Program-made: the position numbers and the translations under genes | Notes under the pieces: model-generated | Told to the model about the DNA's origin: nothing | The model's input: only the letters and a program-made list of their open reading frames with translations | Database searches by the model: none | Assembly: GCA_040387195.1 (NCBI GenBank) | Contig: JAZKEF010000002.1 | Coordinates: 64,607 to 128,606 of the forward strand | Origin: Bacteroidota bacterium | GTDB lineage: Bacteria; Bacteroidota; Bacteroidia; UKL13-3 | Direction of reading: 5' to 3' | Length of the DNA stretch: 64,000 nucleotides | In this document: positions 9,672-18,228 of the stretch, one piece after another | Layout of the letters: the number at the start of each line of letters is the position of its first letter | Numbering within the stretch: position 1 is the first letter of the stretch

Positions 9672-10184
9672 CTATAGCTCCAGTTTCATGATATAATCTT
9701 CGCAGATACGCGTACCTAAAGGAAAAAAACGGGTATCAAACTCTATGAACCCGGCCTTCCGATAAAAATGAACTGCCCTTTCATTCTCCTTCCACACACC
9801 CAAAAAAAGTGTTTCATATTGCTGCTGGCGCGAAAAATGAATAGCATAGTCCATTAATTGTTTCCCGGCACCGCTCCCCAACCATGATTGTTTTACGTAG
9901 ATCTTTTCAAGTTCGACTGTTCTTCCGGTTAGTTTGGGGTGAGGCGCATTCAATAATAATTTAATATAACCTATTGCTTCGTTGTGCTCTTCCGCAACCG
10001 CATAATGGATCTCTGTATGTTGCAGGTTTTGGGCAATAAGAGATTCGTTGTAAGACTTGCTGATATATGCCTGCATATCTTCTTCCGTATTAAATGGGCG
10101 GAAGGTTTCATAAAAAGTGGAGGCCCCGACCTGTGCTAATGTTGCTGCATCCGTTATGCCTGCGGCTCTAACCGTTACCATCAT
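9672..10184 (-). CDS. GNAT N-acetyltransferase (PaiA-like)
   Basis: TFYETF, ELEKIYV, GSGAGKQLM, LGVWKENERAVHFYRKAGF. Confidence 0.88.
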   Translation of the reverse strand: MMVTVRAAGITDAATLAQVGASTFYETFRPFNTEEDMQAYISKSYNESLIAQNLQHTEIHYAVAEEHNEAIGYIKLLLNAPHPKLTGRTVELEKIYVKQSWLGSGAGKQLMDYAIHFSRQQQYETLFLGVWKENERAVHFYRKAGFIEFDTRFFPLGTRICEDYIMKLEL

Positions 10185-10199
10185 ATCTTATAGTAGAAG

Positions 10200-10229
10200 C
10201 GGAGCTTCAGAATGGAAATTGAAGCTCCG
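10200..10229. other. Perfect 10-bp intergenic hairpin
   Basis: cggagcttca-N10-tgaagctccg between co-oriented genes, without a clear U tract. Confidence 0.55.
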
Positions 10230-10237
10230 TCAGGTGA

Positions 10238-10939
10238 TTAATACTTTCGTGCAAAAATTGCTTCAAGGTTGCGTTTTGGCATCACAAAATCAGGATAAAT
10301 TTCCAATGCTTTAAAGTACATCTCTTTCGCGTTGGTGATGTCCTTTTTCTGCATATACACATATCCTTTCATATTGTATGCCGCTGCCAATACAGGTACC
10401 TTTTGTTTGTTGGTTTCATCCAGAAAAATATCGAGACTATCTGTTTTGTTGTTCCTAAACTCGGAGATAATGAAATCAATTGTTTCAACCGCCTGTTTGG
10501 TTTGTCCGGCTGCCAGTTGCAACGATGCTATTTGCGCTATATACTGCGGCTTTTTGGTTGTCTTATACAAATCTTCCAGCAATAAAAACTGTCCGTCAAC
10601 ATCACCTACTTGTTGCAGGCAAAGCACTTTGATGTTTTTAAATTTTTCGTTATTCGGATGACGCTTCAACGTCTCCTCATTGGTTTGCATACATGCTTCG
10701 ATATTGTTTACCGCGCCATACAGTTCAGGTAACGAATCGCGTAAACTATTGGCTGAGTCGGTCATTAATACCATTTGAATTGCATAAATAGCTGTGTGGA
10801 TGTCTTTCAGCTTTATGCTCTTTTCATATAGCTTTTGGTATATCCCATTTTCGGCTGATTCCGGTTTTCCCTGGTTTCCGTTTTTACATGCGGCAAAAAG
10901 TAATGCCGAAGCAGAAAGAATGAATAAGAAACGTTTCAT
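10238..10939 (-). CDS. TPR-containing lipoprotein
   Basis: Lipobox LFAAC; C-terminal TPR AAYNMKGYVY...ALEIYPDF. Confidence 0.75.
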   Translation of the reverse strand: MKRFLFILSASALLFAACKNGNQGKPESAENGIYQKLYEKSIKLKDIHTAIYAIQMVLMTDSANSLRDSLPELYGAVNNIEACMQTNEETLKRHPNNEKFKNIKVLCLQQVGDVDGQFLLLEDLYKTTKKPQYIAQIASLQLAAGQTKQAVETIDFIISEFRNNKTDSLDIFLDETNKQKVPVLAAAYNMKGYVYMQKKDITNAKEMYFKALEIYPDFVMPKRNLEAIFARKY

Positions 10940-10962
10940 TGTATTGTTGTTTAGTTATTGAG

Positions 10963-11997
10963 TTAATTGTTTGGGGAATGTGTTTTTAAAAATTGTGTGC
11001 ATGCTTCCTGTATGGTTTGTTCCATTGGAGTGAAAGCAAAGTTAATGGTTTGTTCAATTTTGGCCGCACTGTAATAAAATTGGTTCATGGATGCACGTGC
11101 CGTTTCTTTGGTTAATGATGGTTTTTTGCCTGTGAACCTGCTTTTGATTCCATCGGCCATCCAAGCCAGTTGTGATAACAGCTTATTCACCTGTATGCTT
11201 GGCCTCTTCTTGCCCAGCAATGTGGCCACTGTATCCAAGAACCAATGCATGTTTACATTTTTACCTACCAATACAAACCGTTCTCCAAATACAGATTGTT
11301 CCGTTAGCAATACCATGGCTTTGGCTACATCCCGTACATCTACGTATCCGTTTATTCCTTCAGTATAAAACGGCATTCCTTTCCATACCAGCTGAAACAG
11401 TTTGCAGGAACCTTTGGTCCAGTCGCCCACACCGAGAATCACACCCGGATTTACAATCACCACATTCAGCCCTTCTTCGGCTGCACGCCATACTTCCATT
11501 TCCGCCTTATATTTGCTGATGGCATAATTGCTGTTGTGTTTGGAATTATTCCACCGGGTGGCCTCGGTAATAGAATCCCCCGATTTCACGCGACCCAGGG
11601 CTGCAATAGAACTTACATGGCAAAACTTTTTAACCCCCTTGAGCAGGGAAATATTTACCATATTGGCTGTACCCTCCACATTACACTCCATCATGGCATC
11701 CTGGTCTTTTTGCACAAACGAAACCATAGCGGCACAATGGTATACTTCATCCACTTCGGTTAAAGCCTCATCCAAACTTGGTAAATCATTGATATCGGCA
11801 ACTACCCAATGAAGGTGCTTACGCAACTGCTCACGCTGGAGATCAGAAAATTCCCTGAAATAGTACCGGAAGATTGCGTCAAACTCATCCATAGCCGATG
11901 TGTTGCGCCTGAAGGCACGAATAGTATTGCCTTTTTCGAGCAATGTACAAACTACGTATGAGCCAAGAAAACCACTTGCTCCACTTACTGCAATCAC
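10963..11997 (-). CDS. NAD-dependent epimerase/dehydratase
   Basis: GASGFLG, HCAA, HVSSIAALG, YAISK. Confidence 0.9.
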   Translation of the reverse strand: MIAVSGASGFLGSYVVCTLLEKGNTIRAFRRNTSAMDEFDAIFRYYFREFSDLQREQLRKHLHWVVADINDLPSLDEALTEVDEVYHCAAMVSFVQKDQDAMMECNVEGTANMVNISLLKGVKKFCHVSSIAALGRVKSGDSITEATRWNNSKHNSNYAISKYKAEMEVWRAAEEGLNVVIVNPGVILGVGDWTKGSCKLFQLVWKGMPFYTEGINGYVDVRDVAKAMVLLTEQSVFGERFVLVGKNVNMHWFLDTVATLLGKKRPSIQVNKLLSQLAWMADGIKSRFTGKKPSLTKETARASMNQFYYSAAKIEQTINFAFTPMEQTIQEACTQFLKTHSPNN

Positions 11998-12063
11998 GAT
12001 GTGGAAATGTTTATTTAATGCCGCGCTAAAATAGGCTATTTTGTAGTAAGTATAAACAAAACT

Positions 12064-13230
12064 ATGCAGCTAACCGATTTTTTAAGTCCCTTGCCCGAAC
12101 AGATATTTAATGGCATCAATGACAGCTCTCCGAAGACGCTGGTGAATGTTTCCGACATCTACATCAAACACTTACCCGATTTAACGGGTGTACAGATTGC
12201 CATTGTGGGAGTTAAGGAAGGCCGCATCAAACCAACTGACACGAGCAGTGCTGCCGCTCCGGATGAAGTGCGCAAACACTTTTACAAACTGGTTCAGCCC
12301 AAATATGAAGTACGCATTGCCGATCTTGGAAATATAGAACCGGGCGAATCGGTGAGTGATACGTTATTTGCGCTGAATGCGGTATTGCAATACCTCCATG
12401 AACGTAATATTGTAACAGTGGTTTTGGGAGGTACGCAGGAACTGGCCTATGCCCAATACACTTCTTACCAGGGTTTGAAACATGCAGTAAATGCCGTAGT
12501 GGTAGATGCGCGAATTGATTTAAAACAACATGAAACAGACCACGAGCAAACAGGATTTTTATACAAGATGATTGCCCATCAGCCGAATTACCTGTTTAAC
12601 ATCGTTCACCTGGGCAACCAGAATTATTTTATTGAGCAGGAAAGTCTTGACTCGTTTGAGAAGATGAACTTTGACCTGATGCGCCTGGGAAACATCCGCA
12701 GCAAAATGCAGGAAACGGAACCACTGATGCGCAATGCCGATATGGTGGTAATGAGTTTGAACAGTATCCGCGCCTCCGACTGCCCGGCATCGGCCGACAG
12801 CAATCCGAATGGTTTTTTTGGTGAAGAAGTTTGCCAGCTTTCACGGTATGCCGGAATGGGAAATGATTTGAGCACAATTGGATTTTATGATTTGATGACA
12901 GCTAAGGATATTGACGGACGCAGTGCCAAGCTTGTTTCGCAAATGATGTGGTATTTCATTGATGGGGTATACGCACGCAAAAATGATTATCCTTCTTCGG
13001 AGAGTAAAGATTATATGATTTACCGCACCACCTTCCAAAATGGAGACTATCAGATTGTATTCTACAAAAACACATCAACGGATCGCTGGTGGATGGAAGT
13101 GCCCTACCCGAAAGAAAGAAGCCAGCACAAAGGCATGTTTATGGTGCCATGCTCATACACCGATTACCAGGCTGCATTGAATGATGAGATCCCCGACAGG
13201 TGGATGAAAGCTTATCAAAAATTGTTGTAA
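12064..13230 (+). CDS. Arginase/formimidoylglutamase-fold protein (metal ligands degenerate)
   Basis: IADLGNI, VLGGTQE, VDARID, NPNGFFGEE; Bacteroidota C-terminal RWWMEVP extension. Confidence 0.8.
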   Translation: MQLTDFLSPLPEQIFNGINDSSPKTLVNVSDIYIKHLPDLTGVQIAIVGVKEGRIKPTDTSSAAAPDEVRKHFYKLVQPKYEVRIADLGNIEPGESVSDTLFALNAVLQYLHERNIVTVVLGGTQELAYAQYTSYQGLKHAVNAVVVDARIDLKQHETDHEQTGFLYKMIAHQPNYLFNIVHLGNQNYFIEQESLDSFEKMNFDLMRLGNIRSKMQETEPLMRNADMVVMSLNSIRASDCPASADSNPNGFFGEEVCQLSRYAGMGNDLSTIGFYDLMTAKDIDGRSAKLVSQMMWYFIDGVYARKNDYPSSESKDYMIYRTTFQNGDYQIVFYKNTSTDRWWMEVPYPKERSQHKGMFMVPCSYTDYQAALNDEIPDRWMKAYQKLL

Positions 13231-13232
13231 CC

Positions 13233-15467
13233 ATGAGCAGGACGTTGCGTTTTGTTGCACTCCTATTATTGTTTTTACTAGCTATTGTTTTTAGCTTTAA
13301 ACAATTAATAGAACCTGATTTATGGTGGCAGCTGCGCACCGGGGAGTGGATTTTTCAGACTAAGAGCATTCCCCATGCCGACCCGTTTTCGTTTACCTAT
13401 ACCAATACTCCCTGGCAAAATATTAAGTGGGGGTATGAAATTATTATTGCAGGGCTATCCAATACACTGGGAGTTGAAATGCTAATGTTGTTGCAGGTGG
13501 TGTGTAGTTGTTTATTGGTTTACCTTTTACTCAAATTCACCAAACTCCTCGCGCCCGAAACACCTCAATCAATTGTTTACTTCATTATCGGGTTGTCCTT
13601 CATCGCATTCGAGTACCGTATTACCGGGCGTTCGGAGTCCATCAGTCAGGTGTTGTTTCTGATTGTATGTTATCTGCTCCTTGCCTTTCGATACAACCCA
13701 ACAAGGCATATCTGGTGGGTACCTGCTATCATGATGTGCTGGGCAAACCTGCACGAAGCTTTTGCCATGGGGCTGGTTGCTCTTTTCCTGTTTACGGTTA
13801 CCGTGTGGGTTGAAGCTCTTTATACACATACACAAACCAAACAACAGGCATTCAAATATACTCAGGTATCAGGTTTAAGTCTGCTTGCTATTTGTGTCAA
13901 TCCCAACCATATTCACATCCTGCTCAAGCCGTTTGAATTTGCCGGGCAGGTGTATCAAAATAAATATACAAGCGAGCTTTCTACTTACGCACAACCTTTG
14001 TTCTGGACGAAAGAAGCATGGATCACCTTATCTCTTTTTGTAGGCATATGCATCATTACAGTCCTTCGTTTTGTTGTATCAAAATCCTCTTCCCGGAAAT
14101 GGGCCAGACTTAACGAAATACTCCCGCTTCCTTATGTCGCATTCCTAATTGTGTTGGTGTACATCGCATCAACCGGGCACCGTAATATTGTTTTTGCAAC
14201 CTTAGTATTTATTCCCCTGTTTGTAGCTCATACCGGATGGTTACTGTCGTTTCTCAAAGTAAAAATTAACGATTCGGTGATGTTTGCTGTTTCCATTTTA
14301 GTCTTTGCACTGTTATACATCACCATTGTTACAAACCGGTATTATGCTTATTGGAACAGCACGAATAAATATGGTCTCGAAATTCCAGCTCAGGCAACTC
14401 CCATTGGTGCAGCAAATTTTCTGGAAGCAAATCACCTCTTGCATAAACCAATTTTCAGCGACTACTTATCATCATCCTATTTAATGTGGCGATTGCAACC
14501 GGAATTCAAAACATTCATTGATTTAAGGGATCTTGATATTTTTCCGATGGAACATTTCGACCGGTTTACACAAATCCTTTCTAACCCAACAGCATTTGAA
14601 CAGACTGATAGTCAATATCATTTTCAATCGGTAGTATTATTGAACCTGCCTCAAATGCAACCCTTGCATGCCTACCTGTATAGCCATCCCAACTTCCACC
14701 TTGTATACCTGGATGCGCTTTGCTGTGTATATAGTAAGGATAGTATGCTCAAGCCCATTCAGACTTATAGCAACCTCTCGGTTACAACGCCATCCGCAGG
14801 TGCATATTGGCTAAGCAAATTGTTGAATCCCGGTTATGTTGTCAATAATCTTGGAGCGATGGACCAAGCATATCCTGCTGCCGAATATTTTTATTCGGTA
14901 TACGATTGGTCACTCACAAAACAATATGCACAATTATCCATAAAACAAGGAAATCAACCATACAAAGGTCTTGTAATGTTGGGGCAAGTTGCCTACCAGC
15001 AGGCACTTGCTGACACCACACAATACCGTGTCGCCAAAATAGACTCTGCCATATATTACATGCAACAGGCACTATCAGCCAACCCCGACTATGTGCCCGC
15101 ATTGATTGACTTAGGGACGCTTTCCTATCAAAACCAACAATACAAAAGTGCACTCAATTACCTTGAAAAAGCTTGCGACCTGGAGCCTCAGAATCTCGCG
15201 GCCCATAACGGTGCTGCCGAAGTATATAAAATAATGGCCGGCACAAATAATACACCTAAATACCTTGAAAAGGCGATTGAGCATTTTATAGAAGCGGATT
15301 ATATCAGTCCGCATAACCCCGAAATAATGCTGAACCTAGGATTCTTATATTACCGTTTGAAAGATTGCAATAAAGCCGTTCCTTACCTGGAACAAATTTT
15401 GAATTATCCGAAACTTACCGACACACAAAGGGCGCGCGCAAAAGAAGCCATTCAAAAGTGTAATTAG
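13233..15467 (+). CDS. Polytopic membrane protein, GT-C-like, with C-terminal TPRs
   Basis: EPDLWWQLRTGEWI, DPFSFT, WANLH, many TM segments, FIDLR loop, terminal TPRs; start taken at ATG 13233. Confidence 0.7.
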   Translation: MSRTLRFVALLLLFLLAIVFSFKQLIEPDLWWQLRTGEWIFQTKSIPHADPFSFTYTNTPWQNIKWGYEIIIAGLSNTLGVEMLMLLQVVCSCLLVYLLLKFTKLLAPETPQSIVYFIIGLSFIAFEYRITGRSESISQVLFLIVCYLLLAFRYNPTRHIWWVPAIMMCWANLHEAFAMGLVALFLFTVTVWVEALYTHTQTKQQAFKYTQVSGLSLLAICVNPNHIHILLKPFEFAGQVYQNKYTSELSTYAQPLFWTKEAWITLSLFVGICIITVLRFVVSKSSSRKWARLNEILPLPYVAFLIVLVYIASTGHRNIVFATLVFIPLFVAHTGWLLSFLKVKINDSVMFAVSILVFALLYITIVTNRYYAYWNSTNKYGLEIPAQATPIGAANFLEANHLLHKPIFSDYLSSSYLMWRLQPEFKTFIDLRDLDIFPMEHFDRFTQILSNPTAFEQTDSQYHFQSVVLLNLPQMQPLHAYLYSHPNFHLVYLDALCCVYSKDSMLKPIQTYSNLSVTTPSAGAYWLSKLLNPGYVVNNLGAMDQAYPAAEYFYSVYDWSLTKQYAQLSIKQGNQPYKGLVMLGQVAYQQALADTTQYRVAKIDSAIYYMQQALSANPDYVPALIDLGTLSYQNQQYKSALNYLEKACDLEPQNLAAHNGAAEVYKIMAGTNNTPKYLEKAIEHFIEADYISPHNPEIMLNLGFLYYRLKDCNKAVPYLEQILNYPKLTDTQRARAKEAIQKCN

Positions 15468-16924
15468 CGGCCAATCTTATTTTTTACATCCGTAACCTGC
15501 TGTTCTATCCATGAAGGTTTGCGTAATACCCAACCTTCCGGCTTTTGATAATATTTGGGGTTTAAGAATATGTTTACATACACTGCACCACGCTCGTATG
15601 ATTTTCCATACCAGTTTTTTTCCAGATACATCCGTTGTTCTGAAGCAAATTCTGCATTCACATTCGATTGCAAAATAACAGGATAGCTGTTCAACGAATC
15701 TGCAACAATTCGTGAGATGGGTAATCCACCTTCGGTTAACCACTTGGAGCGAGGAGGGTTCGCAATTGGAGCATAACTATACATTTCCATGTTACCATGT
15801 TCTTGTTCCAGTTGTTTCTCAATTGCAAAGTAGCTGCGATAAGCGAGGGTGGCATCACCCAATGTTTTGCCCGGGTAGGACAAAAAATTTCCCGCTACCA
15901 AACCGATAAGCACCAAACATATACTAATGATGAAAGATGCTGATTTTAGCTGTGCAAGGTAACTTACCGCAATGCCAATGGATAATAATTGAAACACCAA
16001 AAAGTACCGATGTCCGATGGTATGCTCCAATGTAAAGGCCATGATGACACTTGTTACCAATAATAGGATGCAAAAAACAGCTGCCAGTTTGTTGTTGACT
16101 TTTTTTCTAAACAACGCAATTGCGGTTATACAGTGAACAGGTAACATGCCATAATCCACAAGTCGCCATGCAATAAGCACGAGACTCTTCACAAAAGAAC
16201 CAACTCCTTTTACGGATGCCGAATCACTATAATTTGGTGAGTGTAATAACCAACCTGTATGCTGGTAATGCATCCATAGCCAAACCATAAAAACGGCAAA
16301 CGGCAGTGTATATTTCAACCAGATTATCTTTATCCAGTATCCAATCGTTTGTTTATCCTGCCTGATAGTAATCCAACAATCGGCAGCAGCCAATGCCAAT
16401 AAAAAATAGGCCGCCTGCAAATGGACCAACATCATTGCCGAGGCAACCACCATAAATAATCGTCTTTTTTCTGTTACCAACGCATAGATAACCATCAAAC
16501 AAAAAGCCATGAGCAGCGTAGTGTTGAGCATCATTGCGCTCATGCTGATGGTGGTAGCAAAACAACAGGAAAGCAACACAGCGATATTGGCAAAAGGTAG
16601 CGGAACAAACAACATACAACATTTGCGCAGGCTCCATAATAAAAAAAGCATACAGCAAACACTTACCAAATGGGAGACCCACAAATAGGGCCCGGCAATG
16701 CTCCAACACAATGCCATGAGTAGTGGATACAAGGTAGGGTGTCCGGGGTCGATAGCTTCGGGGTAAAACACGGTTTGAAATCCCGAATCGTAAATAGCCA
16801 AAGCGGCCTTGGATGTTGATGCGATGGAATCCCCGAAAAAGGGATCATACTTCACTACAACCCATAAACAAAGTTGCAGCAATACAACCGTCAGAAAAAA
16901 GTAAGATGATGAAAAGAGTTTCAT
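15464..16924 (-). CDS. Membrane protein, ArnT/PMT-like GT-C glycosyltransferase
   Basis: PFFGD and DPGHPTLY in first loop, about 10 TM segments, HRYFL motif. Confidence 0.6.
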   Translation of the reverse strand: MKLFSSSYFFLTVVLLQLCLWVVVKYDPFFGDSIASTSKAALAIYDSGFQTVFYPEAIDPGHPTLYPLLMALCWSIAGPYLWVSHLVSVCCMLFLLWSLRKCCMLFVPLPFANIAVLLSCCFATTISMSAMMLNTTLLMAFCLMVIYALVTEKRRLFMVVASAMMLVHLQAAYFLLALAAADCWITIRQDKQTIGYWIKIIWLKYTLPFAVFMVWLWMHYQHTGWLLHSPNYSDSASVKGVGSFVKSLVLIAWRLVDYGMLPVHCITAIALFRKKVNNKLAAVFCILLLVTSVIMAFTLEHTIGHRYFLVFQLLSIGIAVSYLAQLKSASFIISICLVLIGLVAGNFLSYPGKTLGDATLAYRSYFAIEKQLEQEHGNMEMYSYAPIANPPRSKWLTEGGLPISRIVADSLNSYPVILQSNVNAEFASEQRMYLEKNWYGKSYERGAVYVNIFLNPKYYQKPEGWVLRKPSWIEQQVTDVKNKIGR

Positions 16925-16954
16925 GTTTGTACCTGAACAAACATACTCAATAAT

Positions 16955-18094
16955 CTACACAGATGCGAGTGTACCGGCTATTACCTCTTGGTACATCTGC
17001 TCGTAAAGAGGAACAATCTTATCGATGTGAAACTCCAGCGCACGTTGGCGTGCGTTGTGCTTAAATGTTTTCAAACGTTCCTCATCGCTCAAAATGTACA
17101 ATGCCTTTTCGGCCATGGTATCCACATCACCTACGTTACACATAAACCCGGTTTTGCCATCAATATTCAGCTCGGGAATACCACCTGCATTGCTTGATAC
17201 AACAGGCACTTCGCAGGCCATTGCTTCTAAGGCCGCCAATCCAAAACTTTCGGTTTCCGATGGCATTATAAACAAATCACCTATCGATAATACTTCTTCA
17301 ACAGCATCCTGTTTTCCTAAAAAACTAATCCCTTCACACAGGTTTAAATCCCTGCAAAGCTGCTCAATATTTTGTCTTTCAGGACCGTCACCCACCAGCA
17401 GTAACTTCACATTCATTTTCTCGCGTACCTTACCAAACACTCGCACAACATCTTCCACACGTTTTACTTTACGGAAGTTGGAGGTATGCACAATGATTTT
17501 TTCACCATTGGGTGATACCGCCTTTTTAAAATGTTCTTTGGCTTGTTTGCTGAACCGGTCGAAATCGATAAAATTCGGAATCACTGCAATATCCCGGCTA
17601 ACCTTAAAATGCTCATACGTATCTTGTTTGAGGGATTCCGACACCGCAGTTACACCGTTGGATTGATTTAAGGAATAACTCACAACAGGTTCAAAGGATT
17701 TATCCTTCCCTACCAATGTGATATCTGTTCCGTGAAGGGTAGTTACAATTGGTATATGAATTCCTTCTGTTGCCAGAATGTGTTTAGCCATTACAGCAGC
17801 CGAAGCATGCGGAATCGCATAATGCACATGCAATACATCGAGTTTTTCAAATTTTACCACATCTACAAGGCGACTGGTTAATGCCGTTTCGTAAGGGGGA
17901 AAATCAAACAACGGGTAATGCGAAACATATACCTCGTGAAAAAAAATATTTCCGGTAAAAAAATCCAGCCTGGCCGGTTGTTTATATGAGATAAAATGAA
18001 CCTGATGACCGCGCATGGATAACGCTTTTCCAAGTTCGGTGGCTACAACACCACTTCCTCCATACGTGGGGTAACATACAATTCCTATTTTCAT
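16955..18094 (-). CDS. bshA: N-acetyl-alpha-D-glucosaminyl L-malate synthase
   Basis: MKIGIVCYPTYGGSGVVATELG, HVHYAIPHA, TTLHGTDITLVG, SNFRKVKR, ESFGLAALEAM. Confidence 0.95.
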   Translation of the reverse strand: MKIGIVCYPTYGGSGVVATELGKALSMRGHQVHFISYKQPARLDFFTGNIFFHEVYVSHYPLFDFPPYETALTSRLVDVVKFEKLDVLHVHYAIPHASAAVMAKHILATEGIHIPIVTTLHGTDITLVGKDKSFEPVVSYSLNQSNGVTAVSESLKQDTYEHFKVSRDIAVIPNFIDFDRFSKQAKEHFKKAVSPNGEKIIVHTSNFRKVKRVEDVVRVFGKVREKMNVKLLLVGDGPERQNIEQLCRDLNLCEGISFLGKQDAVEEVLSIGDLFIMPSETESFGLAALEAMACEVPVVSSNAGGIPELNIDGKTGFMCNVGDVDTMAEKALYILSDEERLKTFKHNARQRALEFHIDKIVPLYEQMYQEVIAGTLASV

Positions 18095-18228
18095 GCTAAT
18101 CTGTTCTATTGATAATACAATATCAATACGAATAAGTTTTAATTATTGGGTTGAACCCTGCTTTTCAGGGGATAACAATACACGAAGTTAGGGGAAATTA
18201 TGATACATTCCTGTTCAGGAAACATGAC

